Source of the DNA: Eledone cirrhosa
Taxonomy: Eukaryota
Reading direction: 5' to 3'
Assembly: GCA_964016885.1 (NCBI GenBank)
Contig: OZ024743.1
Span: 197,160,001-197,224,000, forward strand
DNA: 64,000 bases
Position 1 is the first letter of the stretch; each line of letters opens with the position of its first letter. A program made the translations under genes and the position numbers. The notes beneath the pieces are model-generated. The model worked only from the letters and a program-made list of their open reading frames with translations. It searched no databases and was not told the origin of the DNA. Below are positions 40,113-54,137 of this stretch, piece after piece.

Positions 40113-40297
40113 GGCGGATTGGTAGTATCGGTAGAGGGTCGGACGCCATGCTTTCCAGCATAGTTACGTCCCTTAACGATCTGAGTTCAAATCCCGCCGA
40201 GGTTGACTTTACCTTTCATCCTTACGGGGTCGATAAAATAAAGTACCAGTAATGCACTGGGTAATTGCTGGCCTTGTGCCAAAAGTAGAAACAATTA
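40113..40297 (+). mobile_element. SINE A with TSD
   Basis: attatatcctataggc at 40100-40115 and 40294-40309. Confidence 0.92.
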
Positions 40298-40504
40298 TAT
40301 CCTATAGGCATAGGCATTATAACATATATGCCTTATAACCTACACATACAAACATGTGTGTGTGGCTTCCCCATACACTTATATCATATATATATATGCA
40401 TAGGCATTATAATATAGACACACACATTCAAACACATAAGTATAGTGTGTCAGGTAGACACGCTCCATCATCCACGTTTCTAAAAAAATAAATCATACAC
40501 AAAA

Positions 40505-40753
40505 CCCCAGCATCAACAGTTTTCCAAGAGATGTCAACATGAGTGGACCTGTTATTTTTATCTAAAGAAATTTTTTTAAATTCCACCCGACCTGTCCCTT
40601 CAATCTATCTTATTTCTCATTCATTCTTCTGATGAAGGACTAGCATCCGAAATGTTAAGACCCTCTTCCTGCTGTTTCAAGCGTTAACCTAATATAATCC
40701 TTCCATATACTGTACCGATTGTGTTGTTATTTCTGTTTACCTTTTACATTCAT
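40505..40753 (+). mobile_element. Short PLE-pLTR-like element with minimal HHR (40625-40660)
   Basis: tctt-CTGATGA-aggactagcatcc-GAAA-tgtt-aaga (C>T in stem III); homologue of 8975-9225. Confidence 0.8.
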
Positions 40754-40775
40754 ATATATATATATATATATATAT

Positions 40776-41546
<771 letters not shown>

Positions 41547-43301
41547 CATAGGCACTATAACATATACACATGTGTGTGTGATTTCCCCTATACCATTAGT
41601 TATACCCTGTTAATAATATAAAATTGGCTGAGTGCAGCTAATCATCAACATAAACTTGAAGAGAAGAAGATAAATAAATAAAAAAAAAGATTCATGGTCT
41701 TCATATAATTGTTTTACAGTTTGAAAAAGAAATTCAAGTTGGAAACCATAACCTTTGAAAATGTAACCATAACATTTTCCAATAATCACACTATTTTACA
41801 AATCAAAGTACTGAACAAAAGATTAAAACGTTTTAAAAGCATTTTGTCAAGAAAATTTACACATTCTATGCCTGAAATATTATGTAGTAAAACCAATTCT
41901 CTAAGAGAAAATTAGAGAATAGTAAAACACTTATGTTCAGTGTAGTTGATTGGACAGTGTCTCTATAAGATGGCATGTATCACATGTCATTAGATCTGTA
42001 AAAGGAAGTTCTATTACATATGTTCCTTTCCTAACGATATCTTCATGCAACTGCTGTAACAACTCAAATTGAAACTTAACATCATTTTATTCATGAAGAA
42101 CACAGAGAATATTTGATGATTTAATAAAATTTCCCATTAATTGGTAGCTAGATACGGCAATAAGGGTGAATTATGATGTGGCAACTAGAAGATCAAAAAG
42201 CCAAAAGCTAGAGCAAAGTCAAAGATGTTATGGAATTATGATTCAAGAATGAACTTCTTGCAAACAAACACCAGTCTTTATAGGTTCATTAAATGGTATA
42301 AAATAGCAATAAAAGACACTGGATTAAAAGCAGTCAATCAATTTGATTATATCTGCTTGCAATATTGAAGATGATTAATAATGACAAATAAATCAATAAT
42401 TACACTGATTATAGGATATTTACTGACCACAAAACTATCGTTTTGAATCAAAGGATTCTACATATCAAGCTGGAAGTTCAATTTCTCATTGGATTTTCAT
42501 ACTTGATACTGATGACAGGGTAAGGTAGGAAGAACAGAATATAGTCTTCATGGGAAATAAAAGTCTACTGGAATATAGGAAAGTATTAAGAAGAAAACAG
42601 AGTTGATTTGACCAGTTCAATAATGATTTCTTACACTGATGCAAAGCTACACCTTTTGTAAGGCAATGATGCAGCAGATTAAATTGACCCCAGTACTGAG
42701 GCTTCTTTTCTTTTACCGAAAGTATTTTTGAAGAGTAGCATTATTGGCATGTGTGCTCAATGGGCCAAAGGTACTTATTTTATTAATGCCCCCAAAAGAT
42801 GAAAACAGGTTCAATCTCAGTAGATTTGAACTCAGAACAAATTAAATACTATATGACATTGTCCTGTCAACCTACTAAATCTGCCACTATACTGCCCTCA
42901 TGACCAGTTTATCAATAATTAACAATTCAACTAATTCACACTGAGATGAATAATAAATACTGTAGTGAGATGAACATGATTTTATAGTTCCCTCTTTGAT
43001 GTAAATATTCCCTAAAGAGAAGAAAATGCAAGTAAAAAATTATTACATTATAAAATTATTTAATTTCTATTTTATATTACTTCACTGATGAGTTCAAAAT
43101 ATGACCAAAACATGTCCACAGTTATTTCTTGAACTTGCAAAAGAAATTAAAACATAACTAATCATTAATTAATACACATTTTTGTATCTCCCAATACATT
43201 TATTTCTAATTAACCTTTTAATGCTCAATGCATTAAAAGTAACTAATTAGAAGTAACTCATAAATAATAAGTCTATAATGTGGCAGTAAATTAAAATCAT
43301 A

Positions 43302-43461
43302 TTAACTCTTAACATCCTGTACCACATAAAACTGCATTAGATTAAAAATCAAAGTCTTCACTATAGTTAATCACATATTTTCATAATAATCTGCCCACTA
43401 GTCACAATGCTATAAACACTTGGTTTAACAAACCTATTTTAGACATGTTTTACTAAACCAT
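43302..43461. mobile_element. TTAA-flanked MITE-like element, third family
   Basis: ttaactcttaacatcctgta ... tacaggttgttaagggttaa inverted ends; a similar end occurs near 11626-11645. Confidence 0.55.
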
Positions 43462-43877
43462 TACAGGTTGTTAAGGGTTAAAACTATGATCAGATTTCAA
43501 TTCTAATTTGTTAGTTGATAATTATTTATGAAACTACCCATGCTAGCGAGGAAGATGGACGTTAAATGAAGATGATGATGATGAACTTCTATACCTACAA
43601 ATGTTCGTGTTTGTAGGGTATAGTAGAATTAGTAAAACAAATTAATTGTTTGTAGCCTGTCACTAGTTACACTGAGTTATATGATTCAGACACTTACATC
43701 TCAAGAAGCCCAATCTAATACCCTGCTGTAAGTGGTATAAAGTCAATTTTTATTTCTTGGTTTTCAGTGTTGAGTAAAATTCTCATGTATATGACTAGTG
43801 GAATTGTTAAGTTCCAAAGGTCTTATCTATATGACCAAGTGCACCATGTTAGTAGTAGTAATCTTGGTATCCAACCT

Positions 43878-44554
43878 TTAATTCTTTTTGTTACTATATT
43901 TCTAATGAAAAACAATGCCTAAAATTTTCAAATCATTTAGAAAATAATTAAGAATGTAATAGGATTTGGTAGTATAACAAACTTTGTCATTACTAAACTA
44001 GTGTTTGGAACATTATGTAACAAAGGTTACATAAAATTACATATGAAAGTTTTTAGATAAATATAAGGCTATGTGTATCCAATTTAGAATAAATACACCT
44101 TATCCTTTGCATGTTGTAAGAATGAAATAAATGGATTTTTGTAAGGAAGAGCATCCAACTGTAAAACACTGCTTCAAAATGTCCTGTCTACCTTATACCA
44201 GCATGGAAAAGTCGATGTAAAAACAATGATGATGATTTGATGATGATAATAATTGTTTCTACTTTAGGCACAAGGCCAGCACTTTGAAGGGGAGGGAAAA
44301 GTCAATTAAATCGACCCCAGTATGTCACTGCTGCTTTATTTATCGACCCCATAAGGATGAAAGGCAAAGCTAACTATGACAGGATTTGAATTCAAAACGT
44401 AAAGAGCAGTAACTGTATGCCATAAAGCATATTGTCCGACGCTCTACCGATTCTGCCAATCCACCGTTTTTGATGATGATAATGATAGTTTAAAACATAA
44501 TTTTGTATTGTAGAACCAGGAATGTTTTCAGTCAGTTAGGTATCAAAAAGGTTA
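43878..44554 (+). mobile_element. TTAA MITE family 2 with nested RTE 3' fragment and SINE A
   Basis: Left end tt(g)ttactatatttctaatgaaa, right end ggtatcaaaaaggttaa. Inserts at ~44135-44235 (RTE tail) and 44248-44466 (SINE A, minus). Confidence 0.6.
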
Positions 44555-44904
44555 AGCATGGAGGAAGTTTTTATTTATCTTAACATTCTCTCATACAAAC
44601 CTAGTTTTAAAACTGTTTGTATTGAAGCAACATGAGTCATGTGTTACATTACTTTATTATTATGACATATTTTGTATATTTGTAAAGGTGCTGCTAGGGG
44701 TTACATCTGAAAGCTATACATTCTAATCCTCACATTAATCATCCTGTATTTCATTTAATAATGATTGTCACTGACATCTTGTGCGAGTACTTTACATATA
44801 TTGTTATTAACTTTACTGATGGCTGTTATCCAAACACTATATCCCAGATTGTAATATTTAAAAGAGCTTTGGCTGATACTATTTTTGTTTTAATTGAATA
44901 TATA

Positions 44905-45317
44905 ATTCTTTCCAACATTGGCACAAGGCCAGTAATTTGGTGGAAGGGAAAAGTCAATTATATCAAACCCAGTACTAAACTGGGTTTGATATAAAGGAAA
45001 GTTGACCTCAGCAGGATTTGAACTGAGAATCTTAACTAAATACTGCAAATAATTTAGTCTGTTACTCTACCAATACAGCTAATACACTGCCAAAAATTGA
45101 ATGCGTTCTGATTCAGGCATAAAGCCAACAATTTTGGGAAAAGAGGAAAGTTGGTTAAATCAACCCCAGTGCATGACTGGTGCTTTACCTTATCAACTCC
45201 ATAAAGATGAAAGGCAAAGCAAACTTTGGCAGGATTTGAACTAGGAAGGTAAAGGGCCACAACTCTATACCACGAAGTATGGTCCAACACTCTGCCGATA
45301 CTGCCAATCCACCGCCT
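44905..45317 (-). mobile_element. Two SINE A copies (one old, one younger)
   Basis: ggcacaaggcc.. at 44920; gatactgccaatccaccgcc head at 45298-45317. Confidence 0.8.
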
Positions 45318-45486
45318 TATATAAATTATGAAAAGAGTTTGGCTATTATTTCTTAGCTAACAAATAGGATAAAGGTGTTTTGAAAACAAAATCATGAAAT
45401 TCAATTAAGAAACATGATGATTGCTCTAATGAGGAAATAATGAAACATAAAATTTAGATGCAGGCCTGGATATATATCTAGACACA

Positions 45487-45620
45487 AGTATGGCTGTGTC
45501 GTTAGGAAGCTAGCTTTGCAACCATGTGGTCTTGGATCTTTATCATTTCAAAGCACTTTGGGTAAGTATTTACTACTATACCCTTGAGACAACCAAAGCC
45601 TTCTAAGTGAATTTGGTATA
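45487..45620 (+). mobile_element. Old tRNA-derived SINE remnant (third family)
   Basis: tggctgtgtcgttaggaag..gcactttgggtaagt..accaaagcctt..gtgaatttggta; related decayed pieces near 40-150 and 4080-4180. Confidence 0.5.
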
Positions 45621-45944
45621 CTCTTTTACCTGTTGAGGCCATGCTGGGGCACAAATATAAGTATAACTCTTATTTGGAAGAAACTAGTTTGTTGAGGACA
45701 CAATGATCACCTAAATGTCATAATGAAGTAGCACTGGTGACATGATAAAACATTCCTAGTCCACCATGTAAAGTAGTAGTGCTGGTGCCATGATGAAAAG
45801 CACTCAACTACCCTGTAAAGTAGTAAAGTTAGTTTTGACTTTGATGAAAATTTCATTTGGAAGTTTTAATTTAGAAACACCTTTTTCCTACAAAGGTGGG
45901 ATCTTGATAACATCGTTGTTGTATGGTGATATTAGTAGGGATAA

Positions 45945-46245
45945 TAATTGTTTCTACATTTGGCACAAGGCCAACAATTATCCCAGTGCATTACTGGTGC
46001 TTTATTTTATCGACCCCGTAAGGATGAAAGGCAAAGTTAACCTCGGCGGGATTTGAACTCAGAACGTAAAGGGACTGGAAATCATGGCGTCTGACCCTCT
46101 ACCGATACTGCCAATCCATGGATAATAATGGTTCATAATTTTAGGCACAAAGCCAACAATTTTTGAAAGTCAATTACACCAATCCCAGTACTTTATTTTA
46201 TTAACCCTGGAAGGATGAAAGGCAAAGTTGACCACAGTGGGATTT
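45945..46245 (-). mobile_element. SINE A (TSD ggataataat) plus adjacent older copy
   Basis: TSD at 45939-45948 and 46120-46129; second partial copy at 46130-46245. Confidence 0.85.
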
Positions 46246-46425
46246 AACCCTTTAGCAGTTACATTACTCTCTCTATATATATATACTATTGTATTTATGC
46301 AGTAAAGGCTTTATCTCACATAATATCGAATCTATGAGATTTTGATGTTATTTATTTTGAGAACAATACCTTAAAATCATTATGAGTGGGCATTATGGAT
46401 GGAAAGATGTGAGAGAAAGGGTTAA
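46244..46425 (+). mobile_element. piggyBac-type MITE family 1 interrupting a SINE A
   Basis: TTAA-CCCTTTAGCA ... AAAGGG-TTAA, located at the SINE B box (gggatttaa|ctca). Confidence 0.8.
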
Positions 46426-46911
46426 CTCAATGTGTAGATGGGCCTTTAATGCAATTGTGTAATGGTGATGATAATGATGATGGAGATGGTGATGACAATG
46501 ATGATGTGTGGGAGAAGTATGTTAACCTGCTTGCAATCTCGTGACCATTATGACAAATATAAAAAGTGTTGTCACAGGGTTAATGATAACATCAAGATGA
46601 CTGGCTGAGCTGGTGGCAGTGACATTAGTGATTATTATAGTAATGACAAAAAGGCTACCTCCCCTTCCCACTCCAAGTGATACTGCTGTAGTTTATGATG
46701 GTTGATACACAATCACATCAAAGCATTGGCTTTATTTCTAATATATTTATGCATGTATAGAGCTGTAACCCTGATGGAAATGTAGATGATCCTTTGTCTT
46801 CACCTTCGGTTCACCACATTAAATTAGGTGGAGACCATCTCGTATAGGTCTGAATACAGCTGATTTCTTCCAGAGAAGGAGAAAGAGAAAGTGTTAGAGA
46901 GATATAGAGGA

Positions 46912-47075
46912 AGAATTGACCCCAGTATTAAACAGTATTTTTTTTTAATCAATATCGAAAAGATGAAAGCAAAGTTGATGTGGGTAGGATTTGAACTCAG
47001 AATATGCAGAGAGCCAGAACAAACAACACAAAGCATTCTATCTGATGTTCTAATGACTTTGCCAATTTACCACCT
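46912..47075 (-). mobile_element. Old SINE A-related copy
   Basis: ttgaccccagta..gatgaaagcaaagttga..ggatttgaactcagaa; similar old copies at 42680-42900 and 50140-50285. Confidence 0.65.
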
Positions 47076-47778
47076 CTATTTTATTATATTTTACTTTAAA
47101 ATTCATTCATTGCTGAAACATTACAGTTGAAAGTGAAAAATGAAAATCAAAAGTGATGGGTCAAATATCACTTGTGAAACTCATTAATCATTGCTTTTTT
47201 TTTTCTTTTACATTTTAAAATATAGTTTTGTTCAGCACTCTACATCTCCCTCACCCACAAACCATCCTCTAACATATATCTCCTCCTCGACACAAGCAGT
47301 GCTCTATTACTGCACCCTCAGTTCAACACTATTATATTTACATATTTTTCAGAAGAGACTTATCTGCATTGTTAATAACAGCCATTTGGCTCATGGATAG
47401 AGAATTCCTTTTCATTATTAAGCAGGCAGTGGTGAGTGATGGCTTGTAGATCCAGGTTCCCAATTAAATGGAAAAATCATTTTATTGTCTATCATCCCGC
47501 CCACTCACATTCTTTCCCCTCCACTACCATCATCATAACAAACATGTCAAGGTTACTTCAAGATATATACAAGATCAAGGAATTCAATTTCATTTATGCT
47601 TCTTTTTTTAAATTTTATTTTTAAAGTTTCGTTTCCAAGAGACAAGATGTAAACCCATTAATGGACAAATAAAAACAGAGAAAAAAAAACTTAAATACTA
47701 ATATAAAAATGTTTATAATGATTATATACATATATATAATATACATACATATATACAAACACATATACACACACATAT

Positions 47779-47837
<59 letters not shown>

Positions 47838-47967
47838 TATACCAATACCAACACACACACACATATATACATGCTTCAGATTTCTTTACACCCAAAATGT
47901 CTTTAATTTGTTCAGCAAGAGTTTTGGATATATGATAAATGATTGACAATAGTGATGTATGTAATAG

Positions 47968-48061
<94 letters not shown>

Positions 48062-48659
48062 TAGTTTAGAATCTTGAACAAGTTCTCCATCCTGAAGCTG
48101 TTTTCTAGACTCTGTATTGAGCGGTGTTATGACAAATTTAACTGAACTGATACAATAGCCAGCTAGTTGAACTCATCATAGTTATTAATGAGGAGAAAGT
48201 GGAAGTTAAAGCTCAGCTGCCAAGCTATCTAGTTAGACCACACTGAGACACTTCATTAACAGATATACACTACAAATCAAAATGATTTATATATGTATGC
48301 CTTTAAACACACAGACACATAAAAATAGACATATATATATATATATATAATATATATATATATTTATTAAAATAACAGATTAAAGTTTAAGCAAAGAATT
48401 GCTGCTTTCACCCTTATATATTCTGAAACTGAAGTCCTTCAAATTAATATGCTAAATAAAAAGAATTATATTCAGTGTGAAAATACATCCATGTATTGTG
48501 TGCATGTGAGTGTGTGTATATGGTAAGTTGCCTATGATCTTTTATTTTTGTACATACACTTTCTTTCACCAATACAAACACTACATATTATCTACAAAAA
48601 TCTCTGTCCCTCTAAATAAATAAATATATGTATATATGTATATATATATATATGTGTGT

Positions 48660-48722
<63 letters not shown>

Positions 48723-48726
<4 letters not shown>

Positions 48727-48977
48727 TCCTTGAGCAAGACACTTTATTTCACATTGCGCCAGTTTACTCAGCTGTAGAAATGAGATGATAGGGACTGGGG
48801 TCCATATCATTCCACTGCAAAGTGGTCGTGTAGGTGCCACAGCAAAAAAGCATCCAGCACTCACTGTAAATGATGTTGGTGTTAGGAAGGGCATCCAGCT
48901 GTAGAAATCAAGCCAGAATCAGTTCCCGTCCCACCTTGCAAACAGGGAAAAGTGGACGTAAAATGATGATGATGATA
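48723..48977 (+). mobile_element. SINE family B, 5'-truncated
   Basis: Starts at tgtttccttgagcaagacac directly after (TA)n. Confidence 0.9.
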
Positions 48978-48986
48978 TACAATACA

Positions 48987-49027
<41 letters not shown>

Positions 49028-49063
49028 CATCATCATTTTACGTTCACTTTTCTTTGCTTGCAA

Positions 49064-49113
<50 letters not shown>

Positions 49114-51063
49114 GTGTGTGTGTGTCTCAACAAAAAGCGCCCAGCCCACACCCTAAAGTGTTCGTGTAGGTGTTTCATGACAAAAAGTACCCAGCACACA
49201 CTGCTTTCTTACCATTTCATCCATGTTATAGTTTCAACAAGATTCTTGAATTATTTAGTACTTCCAGCCACCCAGACGCTGGGTGTAATTAAAAGCAAGA
49301 GATTGAATAAGGGGGAGATTGTATATGGATCCATAGACTAGAACAGGGAGGGAAGGAGGGACAGCAAGAGAGAGAGAGGAGGCTGAGTGAGAGAGAGTAA
49401 GAGCAATGAAACACAAGTCAGAAGATTGCAAAAATATTATTAAGCCAGAGAAAAAAGTTGGCATGTTTGTATGTGTGCACGTGTGTATGCTCATATGTGT
49501 GTGCACATGTGCATGCATGTATGTGTGTATGTGATACTTATGTATTAAAAAGTTCAATTACCAAAATTTGTTGGAAATATTTTTAAGGGAAGGCATGCAT
49601 AACAGTTATTACAATGTATTAAATGTAGAGAAACAGTGTTTCATTGTAAAATAATCACTCGAGATATTTTAGCACCTTATTTACGTAGATGTTGGTGAAA
49701 ATCATCAAAATATTTTACCATCGATTTTTTGGTCACATATTCCTCAGCTTATATTCGAGTATATACAATATATCTTAGAAATAAATAAGTAAAATATAAA
49801 AAAAAAAAAGAATGTGGTATTTATTTTAAAGTATCCAACAAAATATGTAATTTTATATTTCAGAAACTTTAAGAGAAGCCGAGATTGCTTAATGACTATT
49901 GCAGCTTCAAGTCTTATAATATCTTTTGCATGTGAACTGAGTTGTACATAGGAGAAAAGGCTGCTACAGTGCATAGACTATAATTAATAACCGAGATAGT
50001 AAGAATTTTAGATACAAAACAACTCGAGAGATTTAATTGTATATATGTACAGACCTGTGACTTCTGAACACACTCAATTTCTTCCAGAGCCAGAAGGAGC
50101 ATATGATAGAGAAGAAGTCAGAAGATATACAGAGAGACTCAACTCCAGTACTGGACAGGTACATTTTTATTGACCACAAAAGAATGAAAGCAGAGTTGAC
50201 CTCAGCAGGTTTTGAACTTAGAGCACAGAGTTGGAACAAATAACACAAAGCATTCAATCCAATTTTCTAATGACTATGCCAATTATTGTCATTTACCATG
50301 CAATGAATTTCAAAAGGTTCTTGTTTAAATTAAAATCTTCCAACATAATTTTATATAAGAATCATATGTGAAGTTACTTTCTTGATAATGAAATGATAAT
50401 TTTAGTAAATCCTATGACATTCTTCATTAATTAATTGAAATAGATTGTATTTCATAAGAAATACAGTCATGAAAGATACTCACTTTGATACGTACTTATG
50501 TGATACAGAGTTCATTTAATTTTGTCCACTCAAAACAAGTAAAAAATGCCTGTTGCAACTAGTTCCAGTCCAGTGACTACAATATCTATAGTTTTATGTG
50601 AAGACATATCAGTTCCAAATAAGACCTTGCCAATATAAAGACAGATTAAGGATATCAAAATAAGGCCTTATATAAAGTGAGAATAACGATTTCAAAAGAG
50701 ATTAACATGAAAAGATTTGATATTTTGAGAGATAAACAAGGATGGTGAAATAACATCATAACATTATTTTTAATGTCAACAATGTGAGCTTAACCAGATA
50801 ATTATAAGTTTTTTATCAGTCAAATAAGAAAGCAAAAATCTCATCATATGGCTGTAATTAATATTTCCAGTTTTTTCAAGTAAGTTTAGGTTTTGTTTAC
50901 GTGACATGAGGTCACTACAAAATCCCTATTCTCACTTTCAAGTGCTATGTCCCACCTTGACATGACATGTGTTCACTTTAAAATCATTATTTTCACTTTG
51001 AATTGATATGTCCACTTAGAATTACAAGTACTACACATGAAAGGCTTGAGAGAACAGAAAGAC

Positions 51064-51375
51064 TCATTTGTCTGCCTTCATCATTCTTCTTTGCCCACTT
51101 ATCCCTGAAAGGGTCCTTAAGCACTCCTTCCAGCTGGTTCTGTTGGAAGCAACCATTTCCAACTCATCTGGCTGGATCTCCAAGCAAGACCAGCCAAGCT
51201 CATAGATGTTATCCAACCATCTTGCTTGGAGTCTACCCCTGGTTCTCTTGCTAGCTGGTTTTGCCTGTAAAATCTGTCCAGCGACTTTTTTCTTGGGACA
51301 ATCCAACCACATGCCCATAGTATCAGAGCTGTGATCTCTCAATTTGGAGAAGTAGCGACTCTACCTGGAGCTACA
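51064..51375 (-). mobile_element. Expander/Rex3-like RTE 3' fragment
   Basis: Homologous to 33940-34262. Confidence 0.8.
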
Positions 51376-51544
51376 TGTTCATCACTCATCATTTGAAAAA
51401 AAGGTGAAAATATCATGATATATATTAGGTAAAAACATTCTTTGATATTGTTCTATCATCCTTTACCCCCTGTCCCTTCTATATATTTCTATCTGTATTG
51501 TACCTTCTATCTGAACACCCTATCAATTATTACATATCTCACAA

Positions 51545-51830
51545 TATAATCGGGGTTTCCTCAGCAAAGTTTCATGGCTCTGTTACAGTAGATTTGGATG
51601 GAGCATGGATACTTTGCTATTCAGGCGGGGTGCCACAAATCACTGTACAGGCAAGAATGGGGATACTCACAAGTGCCTGGCAGTCAAAATATGTTATGGA
51701 CTCGATCACAATGGGAGGGAGGATTTGCCTCTTGAAGCTTAGATTGAAAGATAAGTCTCTGTGGGTGGTGCAAGTTTATTCACCAAACGAAGTGTCTGAA
51801 CACAGATCTGTCCTTGATGAAGTAATTGTG
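51545..51830 (+). pseudogene. LINE apurinic-type endonuclease N-terminal fragment
   Basis: IIGVSSAKFHGS..WILCYSG..MGIL..RICLLKLRLKDKSLWVVQVYSPN, an RTE/Expander-type EN pattern. Confidence 0.7.
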
Positions 51831-52940
51831 TTTGAGGACTCTTCCTCCGTGAAGAAGAAGAAAAAGAAGAAGAAAAAGAAGAAGACGACGAAGACAAAGA
51901 AATCTCATGCTTCATGCAAACTATGACAGTTTTATTCACAAACACTATAGTTTGAAATTTACCAAAGTAAAGTGGAATTTTTCCAGATATAATGAGAAAC
52001 TTTTCTCATACCCTTAACTATATATTTTCTTGTGTTCTCTTAAAAAGTAAAACATGGCATATCGCATAAACAATAAGAATCATAACGAAGAAAACTGTAA
52101 AATCTCATTTGGGCTGTCCTTTTATTATGATCTAGAATTATTTCATACATTAGCACCAGTAATAACAATTATATTAACAGCAGTAGAAATAATAATAGAG
52201 ACAAGATCAAAAATAACTGAGACAGAGCTACAACAAAGAGTACAGTAATAATAACTAATAATAATAACAATATTAACAACATCAATAATAATACCAACAA
52301 GAACAATAACAGCAACAATAACAATAATGATAATTTTGACATCAGTGTCAAGTAGTACAAGGTAGATGAAATAATTCCATTTCATATAAGTGGTTAAGTT
52401 ATCACAAACACAAAAGACTCCACTGGAAAGTTGAGAAAAGCATTTATATACCTTGGGTGCAGTTTATCAGCAAACTCACTTACTGAAACCACATCTTTTG
52501 AATTTATTACTATATGGTTTTAGATTTCAAAAGATAAATAAATAAATGAGCAAATAAATAGATAGATAAATAAATAAATATATATAATATATATGAACTA
52601 TGTCTATATATATATATAAACATATATATATAAGTATACACACATTCTTGTAGCTGTAGTATACTTTTGATGAGGAGCAACAACAAAGAGATCATCATAA
52701 AGATAAGTAACATTTCTGACTTGAAATACATGAAATAATGGCTACAACAACAGTAACAACAACAACATCGTCATCATCATCATCATTGACATCAATAAAG
52801 TGAATAAATTTAAGCAGACTAATGCTATCCTGGCAATCACTACAAATAGTTTATCTCTAGACTCTAGTGGTTCCTGACTATAAATCGCTCCACCTCATTC
52901 TTTCTCTATTTATATATATCATATATTTCATATATAATAT

Positions 52941-53110
52941 AATCATCATCATCATTTAATGTCTATTTTCCATGCTTGCATGGGTTAGATGTCTTGTCAC
53001 ATTATGAGGCTAGACAGGTCAGGTGACCGCGTCTTCATCATACAATTTGTTTTTGGTTTGGTTTTCTATGGCTGTATGCCCTTCCTAATGCCAACCATCT
53101 TACAGTGTGA
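52941..53110 (-). mobile_element. RTE 3'-end fragment
   Basis: (ATC)n..ttccatgcttgcatgggttaga..atgcccttcctaatgccaacc. Confidence 0.75.
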
Positions 53111-53119
53111 AATGACACC

Positions 53120-53312
53120 TTAACTCATTAGCATTTAAACTGGCTATATCCAGCCATAGTTCTTTCCCCACTTTCTGTTCAAACCAACTGTAACTGGCTG
53201 CTCATACTGATGTTAAGGTATTGTTCTCAAAATAAATATAAAAATCTCATAGATTTGATATCATGTGAAAATATAATAGTAAATATAGTGTAATGTAAAT
53301 GCTAAAGGGTTA

Positions 53313-53313
<1 letters not shown>
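53120..53313 (-). mobile_element. piggyBac-type MITE family 1
   Basis: TTAA ends with TIR remnants. Confidence 0.8.
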
Positions 53314-53348
<35 letters not shown>

Positions 53349-53585
53349 TATAAATGTAGATATAATATATCTAACTATCATCTATCTATCGACTTATCTA
53401 TCTATATTGATACTGGAATCTGGTCTATAACATTGATAAAGACCTTCAGTCAATCATTTGTGAAATCTAGATAACATTCAATATGCAATAAAGATATTTT
53501 AAAGTCAAACTTCATTATCTCATACATAACACATATATATATGTTATGAACTTATGCGTATCTGGAATAAATGTAGCAAGACCAG

Positions 53586-54137
53586 ATGATTCACACTGCA
53601 CACTTCTTAGATGTACTGAAGACGAACGGATACCAAATATCCACAATGAATCAACTTAGGAATCGAAGGTGCCGCAAGCATAAGACATCCTCTAACATCT
53701 GTTTCATGAAATTACCAGATTTCAGCGAAAGCATAACCACAGCTATCCGCAAAGGACTAGAGATACAATTAGCACACTCTGGCCCTTCACTGCGTGGATA
53801 CCTGTCTAAAAAGCAATCCAGAGACAACAACAATCAATGCTTGCTGACTAACTGCCCTATCTTTGATACAGGTATGTGCCAGCAGACACATGTGGTATAC
53901 TGGATTGAATACAACAAATGTAAGGAGTTCTACATTGGTAGCATGACTCGAGCACTCCACACTCACATTAAAGAACACCTCAACACACATGCATCCTCAT
54001 TAAAAAAACACATTGACAAATGTAGAAACATTAACCAACATATTAGCATTACTATTAAAGCCAGTGATAGAAATGTGGGCAACTTAAGAATTAAGGAAGC
54101 CTTGCTTATACGTAGACTCAACCTGCAACTAGATTAG
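53586..54137 (+). pseudogene. Second Penelope-like GIY-YIG endonuclease fragment (different lineage)
   Basis: CLLTNCPI..MCQQTHVVY..CKEFYIGSMTRALHTHIKEH..HIDKC..LRIKEALLI. Confidence 0.85.

Noticed and set aside
49744-49974. Possible PLE C-terminal relic (IRLEAAIVI)
   Set aside because: Single weak motif with no GIY-YIG residues.
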